Of a stretch of DNA of 64,000 nucleotides, positions 53,289 through 62,569 are shown piece by piece (the stretch's first letter is position 1; every line of letters starts with the position of its first letter). The position numbers were made by a program, and so were the translations under genes. The DNA lies in the NCBI GenBank assembly GCA_965222615.1, contig CBDCUI010000007.1:1-64000 (forward strand), written 5' to 3'. The notes beneath the pieces are model-generated. The model saw nothing but the letters and a program-made list of their open reading frames with translations. It was not told the origin of the DNA and made no database searches. This DNA comes from Gammaproteobacteria bacterium (GTDB lineage Bacteria > Pseudomonadota > Gammaproteobacteria > UBA4575).

Positions 53289-53417
53289 GCCCAGAAATGG
53301 GCTAAATATGCTCGTTTCGGGCATTCCAAAACTGCCTTACTCCCCCTATGATGGAAGGGGTCCAGTTATGGGCTCCTTCACACTACTCGACTAAAATTTA
53401 ATTAGACTATCGATAAT

Positions 53418-56192
53418 ATGAATGACTCTTCTCCACTTTCTTGGACACAACTGACTAGAGTTGCTACGGGTCGCACAATCATCGATCCGTCTGCTAGTTA
53501 TGAAGACGGCCTCGTAGAGCTTCTTTATCAGCAATTTTTAAGTGTTATCCGCACTCGTCAACCGGATATCGAGGCGTACTTGGAAGATGAGAAAGATATT
53601 CGTGACGTTACTGAATCACAAGCTTTATATGTACTTGAAGCTTATGGAATCTGGTATCAGCTTCTTAGCATTGCCGAACAAAACGCAATGGTGCAGCAAC
53701 GACGCCAAATTGAAAAAGAATACAGTCGCGATCGTGTACCAGGTACATTTGCTTATACTTTTTCTACGGCGGCACAACGTGGCACTCAAGCACAAGAAAT
53801 TCAAAAAATTCTGAACTATAGCTTCATTTGTCCAGTAATCACTGCACATCCAACCGAAGCCAAGCGTGTAACCGTTTTAGAAATTCACCGCCGCATTTAT
53901 GTTTTACTCAAACAACTAGAGCTTGAGCGTTGGACACCACGAGAACGTGACGACTTAGCACATGAATTGCGTAACGAAATCGACCTGCTTTGGTTAACCG
54001 GTGAAATCCGTCTGGAAAAACCCACGGTTGCACAAGAAGTAGCCTGGGGATTACATTTCTTTACCGAATCACTATTTGATGGCGTAATGCAACTCTATGC
54101 GAGATTTGACCGAGCCTTAGAACAAGCTTATCCACATTTCGACTTTGAAGTACCACCACTATTTCGCTTTGGCACATGGATTGGTGGTGACCGTGACGGG
54201 AACCCAAACGTCACAGCCAAAGTTACTGCCTCTGCTATCCATGCTAACGCGAAGGCTTGCATAAAACGCTATCGGCAAAATATTTATGAGCTTGGTGCAA
54301 AATTAAGCATTGCCAGTCACTCAGTTACTATTCCTGAAAATTTTATGCAGGCATTGCAAAAGAAATTAGAATTCCATAGCAAAGCAGAAACATTTTCAAA
54401 ACGTAATCCAGGAGAAGTGTTTCGCCAGTACTTACGGTGCATATTATTAAGTATTGATGCTACATTAAATAATCTAGATAACCCTAACAAATCCACTATT
54501 GCTTATAAGCGCGCAGCAGACCTAGTAGCAGACCTGAAAACACTTGAGCAAGGTTTAGTTGAAGCCAAATGTGAACACTTAGCAGCAAAGGATGTACGTC
54601 CTTTACGTCACATGGTGGATACCTTTGGTTTTCGTACAGCAAGCTTAGATCTACGTGAAAATACTACCGTTACAAATAGTGTACTTGCAGAAATTTGGCA
54701 AGTATTACATCAAAAAACTCACTTAGATCTTCCAGACTTTAAGTCCAACGAATGGAAAGAATGGATTTTACGCGAGCTAATGCAACCACTACGGGTAGTG
54801 CCACGAATTGACTATTTATCAGAACAAGCCCAATCCACATTAGCGATGCTTGAACAAGTTAAACATTATCAACGCAAGTTAGATCCAAAAACCTTCGGTG
54901 TTATTGTATTAAGCATGACCCAGACTTCGGCAGATGTGCTCGGTGTCTATTTGTTAGCAAAATATGTAGGTCTATTCACAGATGCAGATGGATTAGAAGC
55001 GTGTCGAATTTTAGTGGTGCCCTTATTAGAAACGATTGAAGATCTGGAGAATGGACCTAATATCTTGCAAGAATTACTAGATCACGCTTTTGTTCGACGT
55101 ACGATTCGAAAACATGGTGGCTGCCAGGAAATTATGGTCGGCTATTCTGATTCAAATAAAGACGGTGGGTTTCTTACTTCAAATTGGATCATTAGCAAAG
55201 CGCAATCTCAAATTCATGAAGCTGGCAAAAAATTAAATACACCTGTTTCTTTTTTCCATGGCCGTGGCGGTTCTGTTAGTCGTGGTGGTGCACCCAGCGG
55301 TCGTGCAATTGCTGCCCAACCTGTAGGTACCATCGATGGGCGTATGCGGGTCACAGAACAAGGTGAAGTGGTTTCTTATAAATACGCTAACCGTGGCTTT
55401 GCCGAAGAGCAAATGGAAATCATTGCCGCAAGCGTTTTGACTCATACACTGATGTCAGGGAATGATCCTGCTTATCAAGTGAATGCGGAATTAGATGAAG
55501 CAATGGAAGCGCTCTCTGGTACTGCCTATGTTACCTATAGAAAATTTATCGAATCTCCAGGCTTAGTCGAGTTCTATCAGCAAGCTAGTCCGGTAGAAGA
55601 ATTAGCGTTAATGAAAATTGGCTCCCGCCCGGCACGTAGATTTGGCGCAGCAACATTAGAAGATTTGCGAGCAATACCTTGGGTATTTGCATGGACACAG
55701 AATCGCATTTTAGTACCAGGTTGGTATGGTGTTGGCAGCAGCTTTGAACAGCTTATTAGTATACGTGGGGAATTTGGTAAAGATCTTTTACAACAGTTAT
55801 ATGAAAAACATTCACTGTTTAAATTAATTTTAGACGGTGTCGAAAAAACACTTTTGCTTGTTGATATGGAAGTTGCAGAAAAATACTCAGCGCTCGTTAC
55901 TAACACAGATTTTAGAGAAAACATTTTCTCTAGCATAAAAAATGAATACGAACTAACGACAAAAATGGTTTTGCAAATAACTGGAGAAGATCAGCTATGC
56001 GATCGATTTCCTAACTTTAAGCGACACTTTTACAGACGAAGTGATTCGTTAAACCAAGTAGGCATTGAGCAAGTTGAACTAATAAAAAAGTTTCGTGACG
56101 ATGAACCAAATGAAAAAAATATACAAGACGTATTGATTCCTCTGCTTTTATCCATCAACTGTGTAGCGGCAGGAATTGGAAGCACAGGTTAA
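53418..56192 (+). CDS. ppc: Phosphoenolpyruvate carboxylase
   Basis: TAHPTE, WIGGDRDGNP, MVGYSDSNKDGG, FHGRGGSVSRGG, LRAIPW. Confidence 0.96.
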   Translation: MNDSSPLSWTQLTRVATGRTIIDPSASYEDGLVELLYQQFLSVIRTRQPDIEAYLEDEKDIRDVTESQALYVLEAYGIWYQLLSIAEQNAMVQQRRQIEKEYSRDRVPGTFAYTFSTAAQRGTQAQEIQKILNYSFICPVITAHPTEAKRVTVLEIHRRIYVLLKQLELERWTPRERDDLAHELRNEIDLLWLTGEIRLEKPTVAQEVAWGLHFFTESLFDGVMQLYARFDRALEQAYPHFDFEVPPLFRFGTWIGGDRDGNPNVTAKVTASAIHANAKACIKRYRQNIYELGAKLSIASHSVTIPENFMQALQKKLEFHSKAETFSKRNPGEVFRQYLRCILLSIDATLNNLDNPNKSTIAYKRAADLVADLKTLEQGLVEAKCEHLAAKDVRPLRHMVDTFGFRTASLDLRENTTVTNSVLAEIWQVLHQKTHLDLPDFKSNEWKEWILRELMQPLRVVPRIDYLSEQAQSTLAMLEQVKHYQRKLDPKTFGVIVLSMTQTSADVLGVYLLAKYVGLFTDADGLEACRILVVPLLETIEDLENGPNILQELLDHAFVRRTIRKHGGCQEIMVGYSDSNKDGGFLTSNWIISKAQSQIHEAGKKLNTPVSFFHGRGGSVSRGGAPSGRAIAAQPVGTIDGRMRVTEQGEVVSYKYANRGFAEEQMEIIAASVLTHTLMSGNDPAYQVNAELDEAMEALSGTAYVTYRKFIESPGLVEFYQQASPVEELALMKIGSRPARRFGAATLEDLRAIPWVFAWTQNRILVPGWYGVGSSFEQLISIRGEFGKDLLQQLYEKHSLFKLILDGVEKTLLLVDMEVAEKYSALVTNTDFRENIFSSIKNEYELTTKMVLQITGEDQLCDRFPNFKRHFYRRSDSLNQVGIEQVELIKKFRDDEPNEKNIQDVLIPLLLSINCVAAGIGSTG

Positions 56193-56212
56193 ATTTTACA
56201 AAAAAAATATTT

Positions 56213-57070
56213 ATGAAAAAACTTTTATACCATTTTGATACGGATCCAATCCCAAGTGTATTTGACTCCGTGGTAGCTTACGATGGTGGCGCAGATCACG
56301 TCACTCAACTTAGTGGTGTAAATGCAGAAAATTGCAGCGGCTTAGTTGAAGGAGCAATTTATACACGCGCACCTAAAGACAAGAAAAACACTGCTATTTT
56401 CATCGGCGGCAGTGATTTAATCGCAGGACAAAACCTTTTTAAAGTAGTGCAAAGTCAGTTTTTTCAAAAATTCAGTGTATCGGTAATGCTAGATAGTAAT
56501 GGTTGTAATACCACTGCAGCTGCTGGTGTAGCACTGTTAAATAATGCATCATCATTAGCAGGAAAAATTGCCGTGGTCCTTGCTGGAACCGGACCCGTTG
56601 GTCAACGAGCAGCTGTTTTGCTTGCTAAAAGTGGCGCTGAAGTACGCTTGACTTCACGAAAACAATCTCGGTCCGTTGAGGCATGTGACGAAATGAAAGA
56701 TAGATTTGGAGTTGACATGATTCCAATGCATGCAAGCGATACAGACTCAACAAACCAAGCACTGGATGGGGCTCATGTTGTATTTGCTGCCGCTAAAGCA
56801 GGCATTCAGTTACTTAATGCAGAACAATGGCAAAAGCACTCATCGCTTGAACTCATGGCAGATGTTGGCACCGCACAAACATTAGGCTTTGAAGGCATTG
56901 ATATGATGGACAAGGATACGATTCGACACGGCAAGAGAATATTTGGCGGCATTGGCATTGGTGCCTTAAAACTTAAATTACATCGTGCATGTATTGCTAA
57001 GCTATTTGAATCCAATGACCAGGTTCTCGATGCCGAGACAATTTACAGTATTGCTCAAAAAATGGTGTAG
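56213..57070 (+). CDS. mtdA: NADP-dependent methylene-H4F/H4MPT dehydrogenase
   Basis: KKLLYHFDTDPIPSVFDSVVAYDGGAD, TAIFIGG, DSNGCNTTAAA, GTGPVG, GIGALKLKLH. Confidence 0.9.
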   Translation: MKKLLYHFDTDPIPSVFDSVVAYDGGADHVTQLSGVNAENCSGLVEGAIYTRAPKDKKNTAIFIGGSDLIAGQNLFKVVQSQFFQKFSVSVMLDSNGCNTTAAAGVALLNNASSLAGKIAVVLAGTGPVGQRAAVLLAKSGAEVRLTSRKQSRSVEACDEMKDRFGVDMIPMHASDTDSTNQALDGAHVVFAAAKAGIQLLNAEQWQKHSSLELMADVGTAQTLGFEGIDMMDKDTIRHGKRIFGGIGIGALKLKLHRACIAKLFESNDQVLDAETIYSIAQKMV

Positions 57071-57081
57071 TTAGTTTTTTA

Positions 57082-58239
57082 ATGAAAGCTTCACCAAAAC
57101 TGCTTGAAATGATTGAGCAGCTAATTTCAATTCCATCGGTAAGCAGCACTCAAGCAGAATTTGACACCAGCAATCAAGCAATAATCGATTGCCTAGCAAA
57201 CTGGTTAAATGACCTAGGCTTTCAAACCGAAATCATTCCAAGTTCTAAAGACAAAAGCAACTTAATTGCATGGATTGGCCCAGAAGATACTAAGGGAGAC
57301 GATGGGCTTGTACTATCAGGGCATACAGATACCGTTAACTATGACCAAATAGGCTGGCATAGCGATCCCTTTAAGGCCACTCATACCGATGACAAGTTAT
57401 ATGGGCTTGGCGCTGCCGATATGAAGTCATTTTTAGCAATAGCGATTGAAGCTGCGAAGGAATTTATCAATCAAGATCTCAAACAGCGCCTAACCATTGT
57501 TGCTACAGCTGACGAGGAATGCACCATGCAAGGTGCCCGCACCCTCTTTGAACGAGGCAAAAAACTCGGACGCTATTGCATCATTGGTGAACCTACTGAG
57601 CTAACTCCAGTAAATCAACACAAAGGCGTATTCATGGAATCCATTCATCTGCATGGACAAGCAGGACATTCGAGCAATCCAAGTCTAGGCGTTAATGCCT
57701 TAGATGGCATGCGCGCTGTGTTAAATGAGCTGGAACTATTTAAACAAGGGCTTGCAAATAAATACACCAATCATGATTTTATCGTGCCCGTTCCAACACT
57801 AAATCTTGGACATATACATGGTGGGGATAATCCAAATCGAATTTGTGCTGAATGTGAGCTACATATTGATGTACGTCCTTTACCCGGCATGCAAATCGCC
57901 ACCATTCGCAACGAGATCCATGAACGAGTAAGTAAGATTGCTAGTGAACTTGAATTGCGTTGCGAATTCACGTCTTTATTTGAAGGGGTCCCGTCTTTTA
58001 AAACACCGAGTAATTCAAAAATTGTAGAACTAGCTAAACAACTAACAGGAAAACCGGAACAAGCCGTAGCATTTGGAACTGAAGGCCCTTTTTTTAATGC
58101 CATGGGAATGGAAACCGTAATACTAGGACCTGGTTCGATTAATCAAGCTCATCAACCCAATGAATACCTGTCATTATCCATGCTCGATCCTACGATTAAA
58201 TTATTACGCAATGTGATTCGTTCAGTTTGCATAGAATAA
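57082..58239 (+). CDS. argE: Acetylornithine deacetylase
   Basis: SGHTDTV, DMKSF, ADEE, IGEPT, GHSS, GGDNPNRIC, FGTEG, AHQPNE. Confidence 0.94.
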   Translation: MKASPKLLEMIEQLISIPSVSSTQAEFDTSNQAIIDCLANWLNDLGFQTEIIPSSKDKSNLIAWIGPEDTKGDDGLVLSGHTDTVNYDQIGWHSDPFKATHTDDKLYGLGAADMKSFLAIAIEAAKEFINQDLKQRLTIVATADEECTMQGARTLFERGKKLGRYCIIGEPTELTPVNQHKGVFMESIHLHGQAGHSSNPSLGVNALDGMRAVLNELELFKQGLANKYTNHDFIVPVPTLNLGHIHGGDNPNRICAECELHIDVRPLPGMQIATIRNEIHERVSKIASELELRCEFTSLFEGVPSFKTPSNSKIVELAKQLTGKPEQAVAFGTEGPFFNAMGMETVILGPGSINQAHQPNEYLSLSMLDPTIKLLRNVIRSVCIE

Positions 58240-58295
58240 TTTTATACTAGAGCGTTTACCCGCTTATCTTCTTTGCATCTCTTTTAATCTAGTTT

Positions 58296-58347
58296 TTGAT
58301 ACCAATAAAGTATTACTTTTCATATATTTGGGCTTGATTGAACACAA
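58296..58347 (+). promoter_or_regulatory. Two FNR-like sites upstream of the hemerythrin gene
   Basis: TTGAT-acca-ATAAA (9/10) at 58296 and TTGAT-tgaa-CACAA (8/10) at 58334 vs TTGAT-N4-ATCAA; AT-rich background lowers significance. Confidence 0.35.
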
Positions 58348-58450
58348 TCTTTTTCACAAGGATAATGAACTAATAGCAAAGGAATTGGGCATTTCTGCTC
58401 ATTTAGAAAACGTGTCATTATTAACGGTTGAAAATAGTTGAGGAGGATTG

Positions 58451-59026
58451 ATGGAAAGCCTAATCGATGAACTTCATAACGACCATATCAAGTGTAATAA
58501 CGTCTTAGATTTGCTTGCTGAACAGCTCAATAAAATTCATAACGGAAAATCTGCAGATTATCGCTTAATGTTAGACGCGGTAAGTTATTTAGAAACCAAT
58601 CTAGAATACGCGCTTATTCCCAAAGAAGATGTGATTTTTAAAGAATCAACTGAAAATTATGATATCGAAGAATTAAATGACACTATCCAGCAATTTCGCT
58701 CAGAAAATCACGAAATCATGGTTTTAATTCATAATTTACGCAACTATATTGATGCCGCTTTAGAAGACAGTATTTTTGAAAAAAAACCTTTCGAACGACA
58801 ACTAGAAAAATGTATCCAACGACAGCGGGAACATATGAATACGGAGGAAAATATTATCTTTCCACTTTTGAGAAAAATAATGTCAGAGGAACAACTTAAA
58901 AAAATCAGTACAGATTTTGAATCCCAAACAAATATCATGAGTTCTGATAATACATCATACAAGTATACCGAATTTTATCATCGCATTACCGACAACTCAG
59001 ATCCAAACATACATAAGGCACATTGA
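58451..59026 (+). CDS. Hemerythrin-domain protein (one His site altered)
   Basis: LHNDH, PKEDVIF, ENH, HMNTEENIIFP; AGGAGG RBS. Confidence 0.82.
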   Translation: MESLIDELHNDHIKCNNVLDLLAEQLNKIHNGKSADYRLMLDAVSYLETNLEYALIPKEDVIFKESTENYDIEELNDTIQQFRSENHEIMVLIHNLRNYIDAALEDSIFEKKPFERQLEKCIQRQREHMNTEENIIFPLLRKIMSEEQLKKISTDFESQTNIMSSDNTSYKYTEFYHRITDNSDPNIHKAH

Positions 59027-59128
59027 TATTATACTTTTTGAAAACTGCTCAAGGATATGGGCTTATTGAGTAGATACAAAGCCTCATGCAAAAATTACTA
59101 AAGCCAGTTTGCACACCATAAACTGGAC

Positions 59129-59157
59129 AAAAAAAGCGGCATTAAATGCCGCTTTTT
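59129..59157. terminator. Bidirectional intrinsic terminator
   Basis: aaaaagcggcat-taa-atgccgcttttt between convergent genes. Confidence 0.85.
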
Positions 59158-59173
59158 ACTTAACAAAACATCT

Positions 59174-59569
59174 TTATTTTTTTTTCTTTTTAAATCGCTC
59201 AAAGCGCAATTTATAAATATTGCCTTGTGGCACCGCATCTTCTTCCACAATCAAGTCGTGTGACTTTTTCTTGTCTTCACGTGTAGATAATATGCGCGCT
59301 TCCTCCTCGTCTTGACATGCTATCGGGTCATAATCCTGGTTGCGATAGTCTTCAGGTTCACATTTTCTAAATCCAGGAAATACTTTCGACTCATAGATGG
59401 TAATAGTCTCCATTTCAGTAGCTTGCTGTTTACTGGTTTCCCTATTTGCAGCTGGTGCATCTAAAACAATTTCTGGAGGCTCTTGTACATCACTGACTTC
59501 TTCAGCAAATACACAGCCAGGCCAATATATAATAACTAACAGTACACTAACAAATCTCTTCATACCCAA
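59174..59569 (-). CDS. Exported hypothetical protein
   Basis: Signal peptide ending VFA, acidic body, two Cys, Lys-rich tail; AGGAG RBS. Confidence 0.65.
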   Translation of the reverse strand: MGMKRFVSVLLVIIYWPGCVFAEEVSDVQEPPEIVLDAPAANRETSKQQATEMETITIYESKVFPGFRKCEPEDYRNQDYDPIACQDEEEARILSTREDKKKSHDLIVEEDAVPQGNIYKLRFERFKKKKK

Positions 59570-59627
59570 CTCCTTTACTTTCTACAAGATTAAGCATATA
59601 TGTATAACCTTAATACAAGCTTAGTCT

Positions 59628-60323
59628 CTATAACTCTGCATGTTTTCGCTTAGAAATTTCTTTATCAATTAATGCAATGGCTTTTTCTAGCTCATCAGCC
59701 GAATAAATATTTTGTATCAGATATTTATCATGTTCGACTTTTGCATACGATTCATCTAATTCTTCACGATATCGGCCCATGACGGTATTTGGATCTTTCA
59801 AGTCAGCAAGTATACGCTTATGAAATTCAGGGTTTTCATTAAATTTAAACATCATAGACATATAGACCGCTGAAAATCGAAAATCATACGATTTATAGTC
59901 ATCTAATGAACTCACATTTTTACGTGCATTGCGTATATCTACATCAAATGTATTACTATAACCAAGTAACTGATCGCGAAATTCGCCTTGAATTTGATAA
60001 TTCTCAACTAATTTGGGAATTACATGCACAATATTCAATCGCTTATCATCGTGTGCAAGAATAGTTTCAAGAAGCTTTTGTTTGGCTACCTCAGGATCAT
60101 CATTTGCTTCTCGAATACGTTTCAAATCACGCTCGCGTTGTGCTTTCTCCACTTGTAATTGCTCCAAACTCAATGTATCCATATTTTCCGGAGGCTTATA
60201 AAGCACCTCAACACGGTCCAGAATTGGTGATTTGATGGTTTCACCACCAGCCCAACATAGTGAACCCACAGCGACCACCACAACGACTACTAAGCCCTTG
60301 AAAATAAGCTGATTTCTTCGCAT
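59628..60323 (-). CDS. Exported/membrane-anchored helical hypothetical protein
   Basis: N-terminal hydrophobic stretch, coiled-coil-like body; start re-assigned to ATG 60323. Confidence 0.65.
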   Translation of the reverse strand: MRRNQLIFKGLVVVVVVAVGSLCWAGGETIKSPILDRVEVLYKPPENMDTLSLEQLQVEKAQRERDLKRIREANDDPEVAKQKLLETILAHDDKRLNIVHVIPKLVENYQIQGEFRDQLLGYSNTFDVDIRNARKNVSSLDDYKSYDFRFSAVYMSMMFKFNENPEFHKRILADLKDPNTVMGRYREELDESYAKVEHDKYLIQNIYSADELEKAIALIDKEISKRKHAEL

Positions 60324-60503
60324 TCCTTGTTCCTTATGTATAAAATTCCACCAGTTCATTCATTGGTACTATCTAATGGTTTAAATCAAATTCATATTAT
60401 ATGGCTCTGATGACCACTAAGATAGCAAAGATTAAATAAAATAATTTATTAATTTTTCATTAACTTATCTCATAAAAACCGAACCAAACCAAATTTACCA
60501 CTA

Positions 60504-61829
60504 TTGAATCCGATCGCTGTGTCAGAAAATTATACATTTCAACTTGAGAGCTTTCGCCAAGCCACCCCCTATATATATGCGCATCGTGGCAAGACTTTTG
60601 TCGTGTATTTAAGTGATGCTGTACTCAACAGCAAAAACCTGCCTTCACTTATACATGATTTAGCTCTGGTTCATACACTTGGAGTAAAACTAGTTTTGGT
60701 TTTAGGCTTACGTAGACTTATCGATAAAAAACTAGGCAAAATCAAAAATACTTTCCACGGTGACTTACGCATCACAGATTTAAATTCTATACAACAAATA
60801 AAAGAAGTTGCTGGCAGCGTGCGCTCAAACATTGAAGCACTGTTTTCTATTGGCCTGATCAACACACCCATGTCTGGGATGAAATTAAGTGTTGTGTCTG
60901 GAAATTTTATTCGCGCCAAACCAGTAGGTGTGCGAGATGGTATCGATCATCAATTTACTGGTGAAATACGAAGTATTGCTTCTAAAGAAATACAGCAGCA
61001 GCTGGATGCAGATAATATTGTTCTACTAACACCGTTAGGATATTCAAAAACTGGAGATATTTTCAATTTACCAAGTGCGGATGTTGCTATGCATACTGCG
61101 TGTGCACTGCAAAGTGAAAAATTGATTTTTATGCTTGATAAATTTAAAGCACCAGAAAATAAAAAACAAAGCAGTAACCATTTCAATATTAGCGAGGCGC
61201 GCGAGCTGGTTAAGAAACTGACCAAAAATAAACAATATATTAAACGTTTTCTTAATTTAGCAATTCAAGCTTGCTTAGCAAATGTAAAACGCGTGCATTT
61301 GATCGACACCTCTAAGCCCGGAGCGCTATTAGAAGAGCTCTATACACTTGATGGTGTTGCCACTTTAATTACGGCCGAGACCTATGATGAAATACGCCCA
61401 GCAACCTTAGATGACGTAGGCGGCATTTTAGAACTCATCCAACCATTAATCGATAAGGGTGCACTTGTATCTCGTACAAAGGAACAATTAGAGCTACAAA
61501 TTGATAGCTTTAATGTAATCAAGCGTGATGGCATGGTATTAGCATGCGGCGCCTTACAAATTTTCTCAGACGAGAATGCCGCAGAAATAGCTTGCCTAGC
61601 CGTACACCCTGAGTATCAATCTAGTGGCCGCGGCAAAAAAATGCTGGAACATTTAGAAAAAGATGCATATGAAGCTGGTCTAAATAAGCTCTTTGTGTTG
61701 ACTACACAGACTGCCCACTGGTTTAGAGAACATGGGTTTAAACCAACTAAAATCGAGTCTCTACCTATGAAAAGGCAGGCTCTATATAACTACCAGCGCA
61801 ATTCAAAGGTTTACAGTAAAACTGTTTAA
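60504..61829 (+). CDS. argA: Amino-acid N-acetyltransferase (N-acetylglutamate synthase)
   Basis: PYIYAHRGKTFV, SGNFIRAKP, RVHLI, GNAT domain with LFVLTTQTAHWF, YNYQRNSKV. Confidence 0.96.
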   Translation: MNPIAVSENYTFQLESFRQATPYIYAHRGKTFVVYLSDAVLNSKNLPSLIHDLALVHTLGVKLVLVLGLRRLIDKKLGKIKNTFHGDLRITDLNSIQQIKEVAGSVRSNIEALFSIGLINTPMSGMKLSVVSGNFIRAKPVGVRDGIDHQFTGEIRSIASKEIQQQLDADNIVLLTPLGYSKTGDIFNLPSADVAMHTACALQSEKLIFMLDKFKAPENKKQSSNHFNISEARELVKKLTKNKQYIKRFLNLAIQACLANVKRVHLIDTSKPGALLEELYTLDGVATLITAETYDEIRPATLDDVGGILELIQPLIDKGALVSRTKEQLELQIDSFNVIKRDGMVLACGALQIFSDENAAEIACLAVHPEYQSSGRGKKMLEHLEKDAYEAGLNKLFVLTTQTAHWFREHGFKPTKIESLPMKRQALYNYQRNSKVYSKTV

Positions 61830-61925
61830 TATATAACCTGAACGGTAGATATTATTAGCCAACATTGTAGAACTATAATTAAAGGTAGATTTAAATATAT
61901 TACGATCAAGGAGAAAACAAGAGCT

Positions 61926-62327
61926 ATGAAGATCGATTCACCTGTACTAATCAGCTTGGGTATTTTAATTGGTGTAATTCTAGCCATGTACATCCAACCC
62001 GTTAACACGGCATTAATGATTGCTGCAGGCTTATTAATTGCAGCATTTCTGCTTAGTCTCATTAGAACCCTAGTTAGCAGGGCTTCTGGAAAAACCGGAC
62101 ACCGTAAAAAAGTCAGTTCCACAAAACAAACAAATGGTACGGTAAAATGGTTTAATAACAAAAAAGGGTTTGGCTTTATTGAACATGAAAATGGCGGAGA
62201 TGTATTCGTTCACCATCGATCTATTCTTGGTAGCGGGCGAAAATATCTTAGAGAAGGTCAAAAAGTAACCATGGATATTGTGCAGAGTGCAAAAGGCCCA
62301 CAAGCTGAAAATGTGAGCCCACATTAG
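61926..62327 (+). CDS. Cold-shock domain protein with N-terminal two-TM anchor
   Basis: [28 protein letters not shown] after two hydrophobic helices. Confidence 0.9.
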   Translation: MKIDSPVLISLGILIGVILAMYIQPVNTALMIAAGLLIAAFLLSLIRTLVSRASGKTGHRKKVSSTKQTNGTVKWFNNKKGFGFIEHENGGDVFVHHRSILGSGRKYLREGQKVTMDIVQSAKGPQAENVSPH

Positions 62328-62331
62328 CCCT

Positions 62332-62481
62332 ACTAGAACCTATCTCAAAATTGAAGATTTTTATGTTTAGGCGAGGCCCGAGTTTTTCGAAAAGCACAGT
62401 GTACACGCCAGTACATGAGCATTTGAGAAAAACGAGAACAAAGCATAAGCGGAAAAGATTAATTTTGAGATAGGTTCTAGT
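62332..62481. repeat. Palindromic MITE/RPE-like element, copy 4
   Basis: Perfect 21-bp inverted ends actagaacctatctcaaaatt / aattttgagataggttctagt; core cagtgtacacgccagtacatgagcattt. Confidence 0.82.
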
Positions 62482-62569
62482 TAATATTAATCCAGGCTAA
62501 ATCATCTCGGTTCATAGTAAGAAAATATCGAAGATAAATATTATTTTCCTGCTTTGATTTATTTTAAAA

